Shown: positions 20,471 to 30,243, counted from the stretch's first letter. The stretch is DNA of 64,000 bases from Ignavibacteriota bacterium (GCA_963787835.1 CAWBEI010000002.1:320001-384000), one strand, 5' to 3'. Notes: generated by a model not told the origin, from the sequence alone. Made by a program: numbers and translations.

Positions 20471-20503
20471 AAAAGGGACACGCGGACTGCGTGTCCCTTT
20501 TTT
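20471..20503. terminator. Bidirectional intrinsic terminator
   Basis: AAAAGGGACACGC-GGACT-GCGTGTCCCTTTT. Confidence 0.8.
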
Positions 20504-20527
20504 ATTCTCGAAGAGAGAAATCGTTAC

Positions 20528-21124
20528 TTAGTGGGCTGTCTTTCTGACAGCACCGTGATGTTGCTCGGCTGCTGGCGCGGCTGCCGGTGCGGCTTTCTTA
20601 GCCGGTTCGGCCTTCTTTTCAGGTGCGGCTGCCTTCGTTGTGTCAGCGGCAGGAGCAGCAGCAGCAATTTGCTGAATGCGCTGCTGGAGGCTGGAGTGAG
20701 CGTCCTGCAAACTCTTCCACTTATCCGTAAGATCAGTGGTGGCAGTTCCTAAATGATCGTCCGCAGCCTTCAAGCTATCTTGCTGGTCGGGCGTGGCATT
20801 CATATACATCTTTGCATTATCGACAAGCGCGCTGAGAGCGGTCATGTCGGCCTCATGCTTCATGAGATCGGACTTGACCATGCCGATCATCGTCGTATCG
20901 GCGCCTGGTTTTGCTGCAGCCGTCGCGAGCGTGGCCATCCATTGATCGTGATCGGTGTGCATGGTCGTCATGCCTTGATTGATCTGATCGATGAGTGTTT
21001 GAGCCGACGCTTTCTTCGTAGCATAATCGGTTGCAAGCTGTTCATCTTTCTTGCTGCATGCAGCCATCCCGATCGTAAAAGCTGCGAGCATCGCTAACAA
21101 TGATAATTTTCGTAAAGAGATCAT
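20528..21124 (-). CDS. Helical lipoprotein with Ala/Pro/Lys-rich tail
   Basis: MISLRKLSLLAMLAAFTIGMAA-C lipobox. Confidence 0.75.
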   Translation of the reverse strand: MISLRKLSLLAMLAAFTIGMAACSKKDEQLATDYATKKASAQTLIDQINQGMTTMHTDHDQWMATLATAAAKPGADTTMIGMVKSDLMKHEADMTALSALVDNAKMYMNATPDQQDSLKAADDHLGTATTDLTDKWKSLQDAHSSLQQRIQQIAAAAPAADTTKAAAPEKKAEPAKKAAPAAAPAAEQHHGAVRKTAH

Positions 21125-21338
21125 ATCTAATGGTTTGTTTTTGAGTGAGCTGTTCACAAGCAGCGTTTGGAATGATGAGTCATTCGCAGAACGCGATCCT
21201 GTGGTTAGTTGAAAAAATCTATGCCGGATGGTTCATGATAGAACCGCCCATGCGTCGCGCGAAAACAAAGAAATTGCTGAAAAGTGCTAATAGGAGTTCT
21301 GGGATAAGCAGATTATAACCTGATCAATAATTTGTATT

Positions 21339-21418
21339 GTCATTCCCGCGAAAGCGGGAATCCGAACCCCGCCCTTGCCTTAAAGCCAAACCTGGATTCC
21401 CGCTTTCGTGGGAATGAC
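21339..21418. repeat. GTCATTCCCGCGAAAGCGGGAATCC inverted REP-like pair
   Basis: Inverted copy GGATTCCCGCTTTCGTGGGAATGAC; same family at 41174-41253. Confidence 0.85.
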
Positions 21419-21430
21419 AGAAAACCTTGA

Positions 21431-22099
21431 CTACCGCATCCGCTCCCTCGCCAATTCATAGACTCGCTCGACCTGAGCTTCGATCGTCAGACGGGTCGTA
21501 TCGAGTTCAATGGCGTCCGGAGCCTTCCGAAGCGGCGAGATCGTGCGTTCCCTGTCGCGCTTATCCCGCTCCTCTATTTGTTGCCGGAGTTCTTCGAGTG
21601 GGATTTGCGTGCCAAGCCGCTCGAACTCGATTTCTCGCCGTTCCGCTCGAACGCTGGCATCTGCGATCAAAAATATTTTTAACTCCGCGTCAGGGAACAC
21701 CACGGTTCCGATATCGCGGCCTTCGAGCACTACGCCACCATCGCTGCCAAGTTCGCGCTGTTTCTCCACCATCTTTGCCCGCACATCAGCAAGAGTTGAA
21801 AGCTCGCTTGCCAGAAGTGCAATATCCGGCTCCAGAATTTCGCGGGAAACATCCACGCCGTTCAACAGGATATTTCCTTTCTCGTCAAATCCGATCTCTG
21901 CCTGAGAAAGCAGTTCGTGAACCCGCGCGGGATCGTGCCCGTGATGATCGCGGCGACGCACCATCAGAGCAAATGCGCGATACATCGCACCCGTATTGAG
22001 ATGCGTGTAGCCGAGCCGAGCCGCGACTTGCTTGGCAGTCGTGCTCTTACCGGAGGCCGTCGGGCCATCGATCGCTATGATTATTCCTTTAGGGCGCAA
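21431..22099 (-). CDS. cmk: Cytidylate kinase
   Basis: IAIDGPTASGKST, NTGAMYR, EGRDIGTVVFPDAELKIFL, RD..D..R..SPL. Confidence 0.95.
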   Translation of the reverse strand: MRPKGIIIAIDGPTASGKSTTAKQVAARLGYTHLNTGAMYRAFALMVRRRDHHGHDPARVHELLSQAEIGFDEKGNILLNGVDVSREILEPDIALLASELSTLADVRAKMVEKQRELGSDGGVVLEGRDIGTVVFPDAELKIFLIADASVRAERREIEFERLGTQIPLEELRQQIEERDKRDRERTISPLRKAPDAIELDTTRLTIEAQVERVYELARERMR

Positions 22100-22212
22100 T
22101 GTTTTATAATAGATTCGCTAAGAAGAGGAAATGACATGAGTATGTTCCGAATCATCTAAGAATGATACCAGGTCTTGGCTCGAACAATGCATCTAATATT
22201 TTTTTTTACAAA

Positions 22213-22292
22213 TTCATTTAATGAACTGTGGCGTTTCCGAGCCAATTTCGCCAATATGTCTTTTAGAAATAGGTGCCCTTTAAACGCAATTG
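22213..22292 (-). repeat. Second half of the bipartite repeat, left flank of the island
   Basis: Reverse complement CAATTGCGTTTAAAGGGCACCTATTTCTAAAAG...CACAGTTCATTAAATG aligns with 8539-8612. Confidence 0.7.
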
Positions 22293-22348
22293 GGTACTGT
22301 CCTAATTAGACTTGGTTCCTAAAACGATATAGTTTTTGTTGTTAAGGC

Positions 22349-22693
22349 TTACATCCCAATGCTTCCCATAAGTTGACGCACGATGCTCTGAATTAAATTC
22401 GGAGTGACTTCATTGAGCGAAAACGGTTGACCGGCATCTTGTTCAACGATAATTTTACCTTTACGAATCGAGAGCGGGATCATCCTTGTGATAGTAGGAG
22501 ACTCCGAATAGCCGGAAAAATGAATACGAAAACATCTCTCTTCCAGCCCATTTTTAGTTTCGGTAATAGTCAAGCTGCACCGATCTGAGTCGTGGATTAT
22601 TTCTGCGACAATATCGGGGTTTTGTACTAACCTCATTTTAATAAGGTCGAAGGTTGGAAGCATTATCTGGTTCGCACATTCATCAAAGTTCAT
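22349..22693 (-). CDS. Hypothetical passenger protein
   Basis: 114-aa ORF with upstream GGAAT-N17-CGTT motif. Confidence 0.55.
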   Translation of the reverse strand: MNFDECANQIMLPTFDLIKMRLVQNPDIVAEIIHDSDRCSLTITETKNGLEERCFRIHFSGYSESPTITRMIPLSIRKGKIIVEQDAGQPFSLNEVTPNLIQSIVRQLMGSIGM

Positions 22694-22807
22694 ACTCTCG
22701 GAACGCCAGAGATTCGAGTGGCATTCCCATCCCCACGGGCAGGTTCGGTGCTTTCAGGTTTTCCGATTGAGGAAACGATACGAGGAATATTGCCGTAAGA
22801 AGAACTG

Positions 22808-23152
22808 ATGGATTATCGTGGTCAAGAAGCATATTATGATGAAAAAGGAACACTTCGCCGAAAAAGCGACGGCGTGAGGATTGTTCTCACTCTAAAAGAA
22901 AGAGAGCAATATAAAAAAGAAGGCTATCTTTCTAACGGCGTAGAGACCGAGCCTCTTAGAGAAGAAAAATTGCAACGTCAGGGTTGTATGCTTTTATTGC
23001 TGAAGGATAAGTCACTGAACGACAAAGAAACTGAGCGGCGCATCAGCGCATTCGCAAAACAACTTATTAGAGAGAACAAAGGCAATCCTGACTTCTGGGT
23101 CATTCGCGCCCCAGAGGACAATACACAACCCTCTCATTGGACGGTTTTATGA
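22808..23152 (+). CDS. Hypothetical passenger protein
   Basis: 114-aa ORF after GAAAC-N17-CGTA motif. Confidence 0.55.
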   Translation: MDYRGQEAYYDEKGTLRRKSDGVRIVLTLKEREQYKKEGYLSNGVETEPLREEKLQRQGCMLLLLKDKSLNDKETERRISAFAKQLIRENKGNPDFWVIRAPEDNTQPSHWTVL

Positions 23153-23373
23153 TCGTCGGATGGAGCGACATATTTGTCTAAAATCTTGGTAATCTCATCT
23201 TCTGCGGAGCATTCTAAGCAAATGGCATAGTAGGTAAGGGCGAACGACTCTTCGTTTTCATATTCTCCTTTAACCGATTTAACGACCTCAACGGTATGCT
23301 TATCGTTAGTTGTGCATTTCGTATTCGCAAATCGTTTTTTAATTTCAGGGGGAATGCGAGGGATTGTTTCCAT
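23134..23373 (-). CDS. Small hypothetical passenger protein (Cys/His, CxxC)
   Basis: 79-aa ORF co-directional with the IS1595 transposase. Confidence 0.45.
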   Translation of the reverse strand: METIPRIPPEIKKRFANTKCTTNDKHTVEVVKSVKGEYENEESFALTYYAICLECSAEDEITKILDKYVAPSDDHKTVQ

Positions 23374-23379
23374 ACAAAT

Positions 23380-23565
23380 TCAACATTCGCTGGAGTTAAA
23401 GCATTCTTCAGGATCGAGCGCGCTTATTCGAAGCCGCTTTGCTCCATCGTGGCTTTCTTGCATAATACTCCGCACGGCGCGCCCGAAGCTCTTCGGTTCT
23501 TCGGAGGTCGTGTTTGTGTTTGGCGCGGAGTTCATTGGAACGGGTTGATCGAGGAGTCTTTTCAT
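23380..23565 (-). CDS. Small ORF coupled to the IS1595 transposase
   Basis: ATGA overlap with the transposase stop. Confidence 0.4.
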   Translation of the reverse strand: MKRLLDQPVPMNSAPNTNTTSEEPKSFGRAVRSIMQESHDGAKRLRISALDPEECFNSSEC

Positions 23566-24482
23566 AAGGATGCTCCGGTCAATTCCTCATACGTCAGCCG
23601 TTTGCCGAAGAGCATCGTGGCCGCCTTGATGAATCTGCCGGAGTCATTGTCCTTTCTGTTATCGTACCGGAAACCCTGTTCGTCAAGGTAGCGGTCAAGA
23701 TGATAGGGTTCAACGTGGATGTACGTGCCTTTGAGGGCGCGCTTCACCAGCGACCAATAGTTCTCAATGGTATTCGAATGCGTGTTACCCTTGACGTATT
23801 CACCGCGTTTGTGATTGACAGTCGAGTGATCGTAAACGACACCGAGTGCCTTGTACGAATTCGCTTCGTCACTGTAAAGGGTTGAGCCGACCTTCACGGT
23901 TGCAAGCACTTGATTCTGAAGCGTCCGTGCGTGAGTGTTCTCAATGACGCGCGCCTGTACTTTGCCACCCCGTTCAACGGCCCCGAACACGATGGTCTTA
24001 CCATCGCTTCCGCCACGGGATTTTACTTTGTTCGCGTGACGATTGCGCTCGGCACCGCCGAAGTAACTTTCATCTATCTCGACAGAACCCGTAAGTTTTT
24101 CCCCCGCATCCTTGGCAATACTTTCTCGGATCCTATGCCCGACATGCCATGCGCTCTTTTGTGTAATTTCTAAGGCCCGTGCTATTTCGTAGGAGCTAAT
24201 TCCATTCTTACAATTAACGACCATCCACACCGCAGGAATCCATTTTGTAATGGGAATTGGCGAGTTGTGCATGACCGTCCCGGCCTTCAAGGAGAACTGC
24301 TTCTTGCAGTCCCGGCATTTGAAGGCCGGACGAGTACGCATTCCGTAGATTGCTGTGGAGCCGCACTTTATGCAGCATCGTTCACCGCCATGCCAATAAA
24401 GCTCCGACAGGAATTCGACGCATACCACTTCCGAGGAGTAGTAGCGTACCGCTTCGAGTAGGCTTTTGGGTGTTTTGAGCAT
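23562..24482 (-). CDS. IS1595-family (ISXO2-like) DDE transposase
   Basis: Zn ribbon CIKC...CRDC; VEIDESYFGG, YSDE, VNH, HSNTIENYWS..KR, YLDE..FRY, KRLTYEEL. Confidence 0.92.
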   Translation of the reverse strand: MLKTPKSLLEAVRYYSSEVVCVEFLSELYWHGGERCCIKCGSTAIYGMRTRPAFKCRDCKKQFSLKAGTVMHNSPIPITKWIPAVWMVVNCKNGISSYEIARALEITQKSAWHVGHRIRESIAKDAGEKLTGSVEIDESYFGGAERNRHANKVKSRGGSDGKTIVFGAVERGGKVQARVIENTHARTLQNQVLATVKVGSTLYSDEANSYKALGVVYDHSTVNHKRGEYVKGNTHSNTIENYWSLVKRALKGTYIHVEPYHLDRYLDEQGFRYDNRKDNDSGRFIKAATMLFGKRLTYEELTGASL

Positions 24483-24979
24483 GATCGTGAGTTATTAGGA
24501 ACGTTCCCGGTGGAAATTGGATTAAATAGAAATACCCGATCATTAATAATAATGATCGGGCAAGTTGTGGCCCAAGCCACACGATTAAATTGTGCCAGAA
24601 TTCGCGTTCTGGTAGTAGCATGATGAGTGCGCGGGGGCGTTCTCGTCATGTACCCGGAGTGTGATTACTCCGGGTTTTCTTTTTCCGAATGAAGAAGCGT
24701 GGTCGATGCGGCTCATACGGAAAGAAAATCACATAAAAAACCCCAAGATATTACCTGAAAAACTCGCTTGCTGGCGTTGAGTCCCGACCGAAGCCGGGTA
24801 GGTAAATCTTGGGGTCAAACCCAAAAAAGTTTCAGTTGTATCGCCAGCAAGACGATGTAGGCTTTCACCTGACTTGGTTGCTAACGTATCATTACACTGT
24901 TCGTTTCAGTTCGCATGAAAAAAGTGGAAACTCTGAAAGCGGATTTGGGTTTCCATCGTGGCCTTTGGAACTAAATGGG

Positions 24980-26506
24980 TTATTTAGTAATCGCCAGATT
25001 GATGTAGCTCACCATATCTCCCACCCTAACGCGGCATACATATTTTCCCGATGGGAGCGTCTCCGTGCCGAGCGAAATGGATTGTGGGCCTTCGTTTGAA
25101 TAACCGTTCATAACCTCCATTATTTGTTTTCCCAGGGGATCATAAATAGCAATCTGCGTAAAGCTGGATTCTACTGTTGTAAATTTCAAGGTCATTCCAC
25201 CGCTTGAAGGATTTGGGAAAACTTCGGGGTTAAACCAATCGGGCTGTTGAGGGGTGGAAACACCCAACGTCGTATCTGAATGAGTCGGGCAATAAAGTTT
25301 CGCGAACATGCAGGAATCATCGCTCCCAAGTCCGCGTGGAGCGATGTTAGGTTGCGCCTGCTTAGATCCCATCAACATCCAATATCCTGGTATGCTACTC
25401 TTACAATAATTATAGTTATTAACGCAGGTGTCTCCACGAACAATCGTATCTGGATGTAGTAACCCGAGCCAATGGCCGATCTCATGCTCGATTATTTCCT
25501 TAAAGCTGAAATCATAAAACCCTTGATTTGCCGCGCCGGGGTCTGGGGCAGGTCCCGTGTACCATCCCATCAATGGACTCTGGTGTAGCTTGTAACCAGG
25601 AATAGGCTGAAGGGCATCGTTTCCATTTTGGTAGAAGAAGCTATTTGTTGCATTGTAAGTAATAAACCGATAATTTGAGTTCGGACATGCGCCTCCATCG
25701 GGGCATCCCGGATGCCCATACGTCCATGCAACAGGATAGCCGGCTTTTTTCAATCCAGATGCTTGATAAGTTCCTTGAAAGTGAAGGATATTAGTGTCCG
25801 GAATTATGAGGATACAGCAGGTTGTGTCGCCAGTAAATCCGCAAATTCCAAGCCACGCATTTAGATCGGATTGAGCATCAGAACTTGCACCACCCGTGTT
25901 CCAAACCTGATCGTAATGCACATCTGAGCCGTTGGCGTATGATATAGAGTCACTTATGTAAGTGTTGTATCTTTCTATATCGATTTCAAAGATTGAGTAA
26001 TCTTCTCTATCGCAGTCATAAACCGATAATGCCTCTTCATATTCTTCGTCATAGTCATAATTATCACGATTAGGAGGAACATCTGGTTCATGTCCATCAT
26101 GCACTTGGTGGAAATCGGTATCCCATTCGTCTAACCCGGCATTATAGGTTCCGGTATCCAAGACCTCACCCGGATCGGGAATGCAGCCGGAGAAAACATC
26201 ATAAGTATCTGGTAACGAAACAGGTTCTGGCGGCTCTGGAACAGGATCGGTCGGTTGATCGAATACACTCGTGTCAGGTGGAATTACATTTACACAACCC
26301 GGTATTTTCGATTTGGAGGGTGTGTAGCTTGGTGGTGGGTCATTCGGGTTTGTCGAACATTGCACGCCTTGAGCACCTGTAACGAAACAAAATACGTAAG
26401 GGAAACTCTCATTCCCGCATGGAATAGGGCAATGTATCGCCTGTGCCAACCCAATAGACGAAACGAAAAGGGAAGCAGCGATTAGAAGAAGTGGAAAAGA
26501 CTTCAT
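24980..26506 (-). CDS. Secreted metzincin-type zinc metalloprotease with T9SS CTD
   Basis: Signal peptide; HEIGHWLGLLH (HExxHxxGxxH) with a downstream Met; CTD VFPNPSS...LPSGKYVCRV. Confidence 0.8.
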   Translation of the reverse strand: MKSFPLLLIAASLFVSSIGLAQAIHCPIPCGNESFPYVFCFVTGAQGVQCSTNPNDPPPSYTPSKSKIPGCVNVIPPDTSVFDQPTDPVPEPPEPVSLPDTYDVFSGCIPDPGEVLDTGTYNAGLDEWDTDFHQVHDGHEPDVPPNRDNYDYDEEYEEALSVYDCDREDYSIFEIDIERYNTYISDSISYANGSDVHYDQVWNTGGASSDAQSDLNAWLGICGFTGDTTCCILIIPDTNILHFQGTYQASGLKKAGYPVAWTYGHPGCPDGGACPNSNYRFITYNATNSFFYQNGNDALQPIPGYKLHQSPLMGWYTGPAPDPGAANQGFYDFSFKEIIEHEIGHWLGLLHPDTIVRGDTCVNNYNYCKSSIPGYWMLMGSKQAQPNIAPRGLGSDDSCMFAKLYCPTHSDTTLGVSTPQQPDWFNPEVFPNPSSGGMTLKFTTVESSFTQIAIYDPLGKQIMEVMNGYSNEGPQSISLGTETLPSGKYVCRVRVGDMVSYINLAITK

Positions 26507-26545
26507 TGTTTGCTCCTTGTGGTTTTGGGAAGTGAATATGAACGA

Positions 26546-27592
26546 TTATGGATGGAGAATATTATAGATTCTCGCGCGAAGTCTTGACTTCCAGACCGCA
26601 ACCGTTAGACCACCAGAAATGGAGGCACCAAGTCCGAAATCGTCGTTAGGATCAACCACATGACCGCTTACGACTCTATACATCGCTCCTTGATTTCCAA
26701 AGACACCCCAATAAGGTTGAATGCTGAAATAGCCATTGGCGGTATCAATTCCAATTCCTGCGATTCGAAGGAACACGATGTATTCTCCTCCCGGCCTGAT
26801 CCACCATCCGGTCGAATCAGACAAAGCAGGCGAAAAAGGCATTTCATCACCTGCAATTGCACTTGCCCATTCGGGTGAATATTCAAATTGAATACACGCA
26901 CCACTATCAGCGCGAACTGCATACGTTGGCCAAGTTGAAGCATAGCTCATGGTTGTAATCTCATTGGATTTCCGGTGAGTGTGCATGTCTTCGCCGATAC
27001 AGAGTGGAATTTTTTGTCCCTTGATTTCATCAAGGATTGTGGAATTAACCAATACTATGTGTGGGGTAATGTTATCTGACGAGTTATACTTGACGATGGT
27101 ATCCCCGATAGTCACGTCCGCGATAATATCGGAAGCAAGAATAAAACCTGTACGACCGGTATCGCCTATACCATTTCCAATTTGATTAGCTAATATTGGA
27201 ATTGAGTTACCAGGGTTACCTTTATAGTGCCAAGAATAATCTGGGTGCCCTCCAAGAGGCCATGAACTGATCTCCCATTGATATAATGATAACGGATTAT
27301 CGTCACTAACTTTGTAAAGCATCTCGGCAAGGAACGTCATCGTGTCATCGTGCCCAAGATTCCCGATCCATTTGTTGATCAAGTTCCATTGCGTTGAGCG
27401 CATAAGTTCATCGGCCCAAAGGTATGCGCTTGCCACGTCGGAAGGTTGACTATCATATAGTGGTGGGACGGTCGTGAGAAGTGGGAGGCTATACTTGATT
27501 AAACCTGGATAATTCGGCCCCGTTTGGCTTCTCACAGCAGGTGCGGCAAAAAAACCTGCCCAAAGAAAGAGGATGAACATGATTCGTTTCAT
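26546..27592 (-). CDS. Secreted hypothetical protein upstream of the protease
   Basis: Signal peptide MKRIMFILFLWAGFFAAPAVRS; 39-bp gap to the protease gene. Confidence 0.7.
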   Translation of the reverse strand: MKRIMFILFLWAGFFAAPAVRSQTGPNYPGLIKYSLPLLTTVPPLYDSQPSDVASAYLWADELMRSTQWNLINKWIGNLGHDDTMTFLAEMLYKVSDDNPLSLYQWEISSWPLGGHPDYSWHYKGNPGNSIPILANQIGNGIGDTGRTGFILASDIIADVTIGDTIVKYNSSDNITPHIVLVNSTILDEIKGQKIPLCIGEDMHTHRKSNEITTMSYASTWPTYAVRADSGACIQFEYSPEWASAIAGDEMPFSPALSDSTGWWIRPGGEYIVFLRIAGIGIDTANGYFSIQPYWGVFGNQGAMYRVVSGHVVDPNDDFGLGASISGGLTVAVWKSRLRARIYNILHP

Positions 27593-27937
27593 AAAAACCC
27601 TTCCAGAAATGAATATTTGAAGTATGAAATTCAACTAACAGCACAAAGATACAACACTTTTTCCATCAAGTTTTAGATTTGATTTTCCGAATTGCAGGAG
27701 AATAGTAGGGTATTTGCAGGTGCTTTTTTCAAATGAAATGGGCGTTATCGTGGCTCTTTTCAACGGTTCATCGTGCATGATCAATTATTATGGAGGTTCT
27801 TATGATAATCGTGTTGCGAAGCATATTTTGTAAGAAAGCAACGATGGAGTAAGGAGGATAGAATCGGTGTTCGAAAGAAAGTCCGATGCTCACATGCCAA
27901 TGAAAAGCAACGGACTTCACCTCAAACAAAAATCATA

Positions 27938-28144
27938 ATGCTGAATGTACCGAAAACACTACTAAAAGAATTCGACGATATTATGAAAGCAAGCAAATGT
28001 GGTAATGACCGCTCCCACGTTATTTACGGAGATATAAACTGGGTTGTACGCGATGCGGCTGGCCTAAATCGTTACGATTGGTATATTAGATGTAGCGAGA
28101 ATGGGTGTTCCTTCACGGATCATGGTACTATCTGGCGGCCTTGA
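27938..28144 (+). CDS. Small hypothetical passenger protein (Cys/His-rich)
   Basis: 68-aa ORF, overlaps the convergent ORF. Confidence 0.35.
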   Translation: MLNVPKTLLKEFDDIMKASKCGNDRSHVIYGDINWVVRDAAGLNRYDWYIRCSENGCSFTDHGTIWRP

Positions 28145-28366
28145 ATCGAGGGGTAAATGAACTTCATTCCATTCTTCATTGGTTTGAGGCATAACATCGA
28201 AAAGCGGATCGTCTTTGAATTTTTCAACAATGTACTCGATAAATTCTTGATCTTTTGGACATTGCAATACCGCACCCGTGTGATAAGGATTCCCTCGCTC
28301 GGTGAATCGTGTTTCCCTCAGACGAAAATAGATGGCAACGTATTCTTTTTGTTCATCAGAAATCAT
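28064..28366 (-). CDS. Hypothetical passenger protein
   Basis: Shares its 35-bp upstream element with 22808-23152. Confidence 0.5.
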   Translation of the reverse strand: MISDEQKEYVAIYFRLRETRFTERGNPYHTGAVLQCPKDQEFIEYIVEKFKDDPLFDVMPQTNEEWNEVHLPLDSRPPDSTMIREGTPILATSNIPIVTI

Positions 28367-28509
28367 AATTCTACTTAAGGTAACGCCGCTTGTATCGTTT
28401 CCTCAATCGGAAATCCTGAAAGCGGCGTAACTTTATTTGGAAACCTCTGGTTGATTCTAATATATTAGTGCCATTTGACTTAGTTCCTAAAACGATATAG
28501 TATTTGTTG

Positions 28510-28758
28510 TTAAGAGGTTTTCGCTTCAGCCATCACAAAAACTCGATGACGGTAATTACCTTGTTCGCCTTCTTGGAAAAGACAGTGATTAACGCGGGAG
28601 ATTATGTAGTCCATCTTGCTATGATTAAATTCTTCACCGACTGATGGAATGACCGGTGCATGGTTGAGTGGGTATTCGCACTCGAACTCATACATAATCT
28701 GACCGCCTTCACGGAGAACGTATTGCACGGCGTATGTTACGCTTTTGATTGAATCCAT
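28510..28758 (-). CDS. Hypothetical passenger protein
   Basis: 82-aa ORF with TGAAC-N17-CGTT motif and the same flanking modules as 22349-22693. Confidence 0.55.
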   Translation of the reverse strand: MDSIKSVTYAVQYVLREGGQIMYEFECEYPLNHAPVIPSVGEEFNHSKMDYIISRVNHCLFQEGEQGNYRHRVFVMAEAKTS

Positions 28759-28887
28759 TGTGTTGTTGTTTCCTTTCGACCCTCGGAACGCCTTAAATTC
28801 GTGGCTCGTTCATGTCTCCCGAATGCGTTATTATCATCGAATATGGCGTTGAGCCACACTCCTGAAATTATTCACAATTAAAACAAT

Positions 28888-29136
28888 ATGTCTATGCAAA
28901 TTAAATTCAACCTTACGGGCAAATCGAACGGCATTAAAACTTACGATGTAAAGAGCGGAGAGGCTACTCTTACCACCGCAAGAAGATTGCCGGGTGTAAC
29001 GGGCTATGAAATCATCAATCCCCAAAACAACGAAGCAAAACAGGGGTTGGCAGGGGAACTCTTACGTGAGTTCTTCCCAGACCTACGGGGCGCTGCTTTA
29101 GAGATTGAAGATCAGGACGGCATGGCCATTATGTAG
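28888..29136 (+). CDS. Hypothetical passenger protein
   Basis: 82-aa ORF followed by a terminator hairpin. Confidence 0.5.
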   Translation: MSMQIKFNLTGKSNGIKTYDVKSGEATLTTARRLPGVTGYEIINPQNNEAKQGLAGELLREFFPDLRGAALEIEDQDGMAIM

Positions 29137-29147
29137 GGATGTTCAGA

Positions 29148-29173
29148 GAAGGGCGGCCCAATGGCCGCCCTTC
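29148..29173. terminator. Hairpin terminator between convergent genes
   Basis: GAAGGGCGGCC-CAAT-GGCCGCCCTTC. Confidence 0.65.
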
Positions 29174-29175
29174 AT

Positions 29176-29809
29176 TTATTGTAACACAGTATCCCATCCC
29201 CACGCACTGTTCGCAATCCCTGCCATTTGAGCCGGAGTGCAACCGATCGAGGAATGAAAGCGCATGAAATTGTAATGATAGAAGTGAAGATTCACTGCGG
29301 CTCGTAGGTTATCGAGCTTCTTGCTCCAAGCGTTTGTCAGCCTTGTCAGTCGCCTCAACCCCATACGCATCGTGAGGTTTTGCCTCTCGATGTAGCTGGT
29401 GGAAATATCTTCTACCAGTGGTGCGCCGAATATGACTCGTAGCGTTACTCCGACCAGACGGGCGGGTGAGTAACGACGCTCCCCAATGTACGCCTCGGAA
29501 TACTTTTTGTGAACTTGTCCGTAATCAATGGCACTCTTTCCATAGACCTTGTAAATCGCACTCACATAAGCATTCCAGGCATCGGTGCTGAGTTGGTAGC
29601 GGGTTTCGATGCGATCTCGAAGCTGTTCGAGAAGCTTCATAGCACTCCACCCATCACGCTTGCCAACATAGAATGCTGGTACGAGCTTGCTATCTGCATC
29701 AATGGCAACGAAGGTGTAAGCGTCACCATATTCCGCTTTATCAGCTAACGGATCTACACGTTTCTGTTTCTTTCCCACGTATCCCCAGACTTCATCGAGC
29801 TGTATCCTT
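29176..29809 (-). pseudogene. 5'-truncated IS1-like DDE transposase
   Basis: IQLDEVWGYVGKK, STD, ISTSYIERQNLTMRM; homologous to 30285-31139 but the HTH N-terminus is replaced exactly at the TIR starting at 29810. Confidence 0.85.
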
Positions 29810-29860
29810 GGTAGTGGCTCAGTTTGGGAACTTTCGATATTTTTATACTGAATTATGTTT

Positions 29861-30058
29861 ATGAACACACAAAAGATCGAAGTCGGCGATATGGTGAAAT
29901 TGAAAAACGGCGCAACGGTATTAATGTCCGTTCACGAATTGAACGGACATGGGATAGAATGCGATTGGTTAGATAACGAGAATAGATCGCAAAGACAGAC
30001 CTTTGCACCTGCCCAACTTATCCGTTTAACCGATTCCCAAAATAGTCAACGAGAATGA
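29861..30058 (+). CDS. YodC/DUF2158-like small protein
   Basis: IEVGDMVKLKNGATVLMSV...IECDW...QTFAPAQL. Confidence 0.7.
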   Translation: MNTQKIEVGDMVKLKNGATVLMSVHELNGHGIECDWLDNENRSQRQTFAPAQLIRLTDSQNSQRE

Positions 30059-30212
30059 GTTGCTCCGTTATGAAGGCACCTTCTTGGAGTTCCCCGTTTT
30101 TGCTGAACCATTGGCAAATCCAATGATCTCCTGAGCCTTTGCGATTAACGCTCATTATTGGAGTGCCCTGAATGAATCCAAGATGGACTAAAGAGCCGGG
30201 TTTTATTTCCAT
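30018..30212 (-). CDS. Second YodC/DUF2158-like small protein
   Basis: IKPGSLVHL...GTPIMSV...WICQWF...EGAFITEQL. Confidence 0.65.
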   Translation of the reverse strand: MEIKPGSLVHLGFIQGTPIMSVNRKGSGDHWICQWFSKNGELQEGAFITEQLILVDYFGNRLNG

Positions 30213-30243
30213 GATTGTAATAGAATTATGGTTATGAAATAGA

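Noticed and set aside
29810-29868. N-terminus MFINIIQYKNIESSQTEPLP of ORF 29176-29868
   Set aside because: It is read-through from the TIR of the neighbouring element, not transposase sequence
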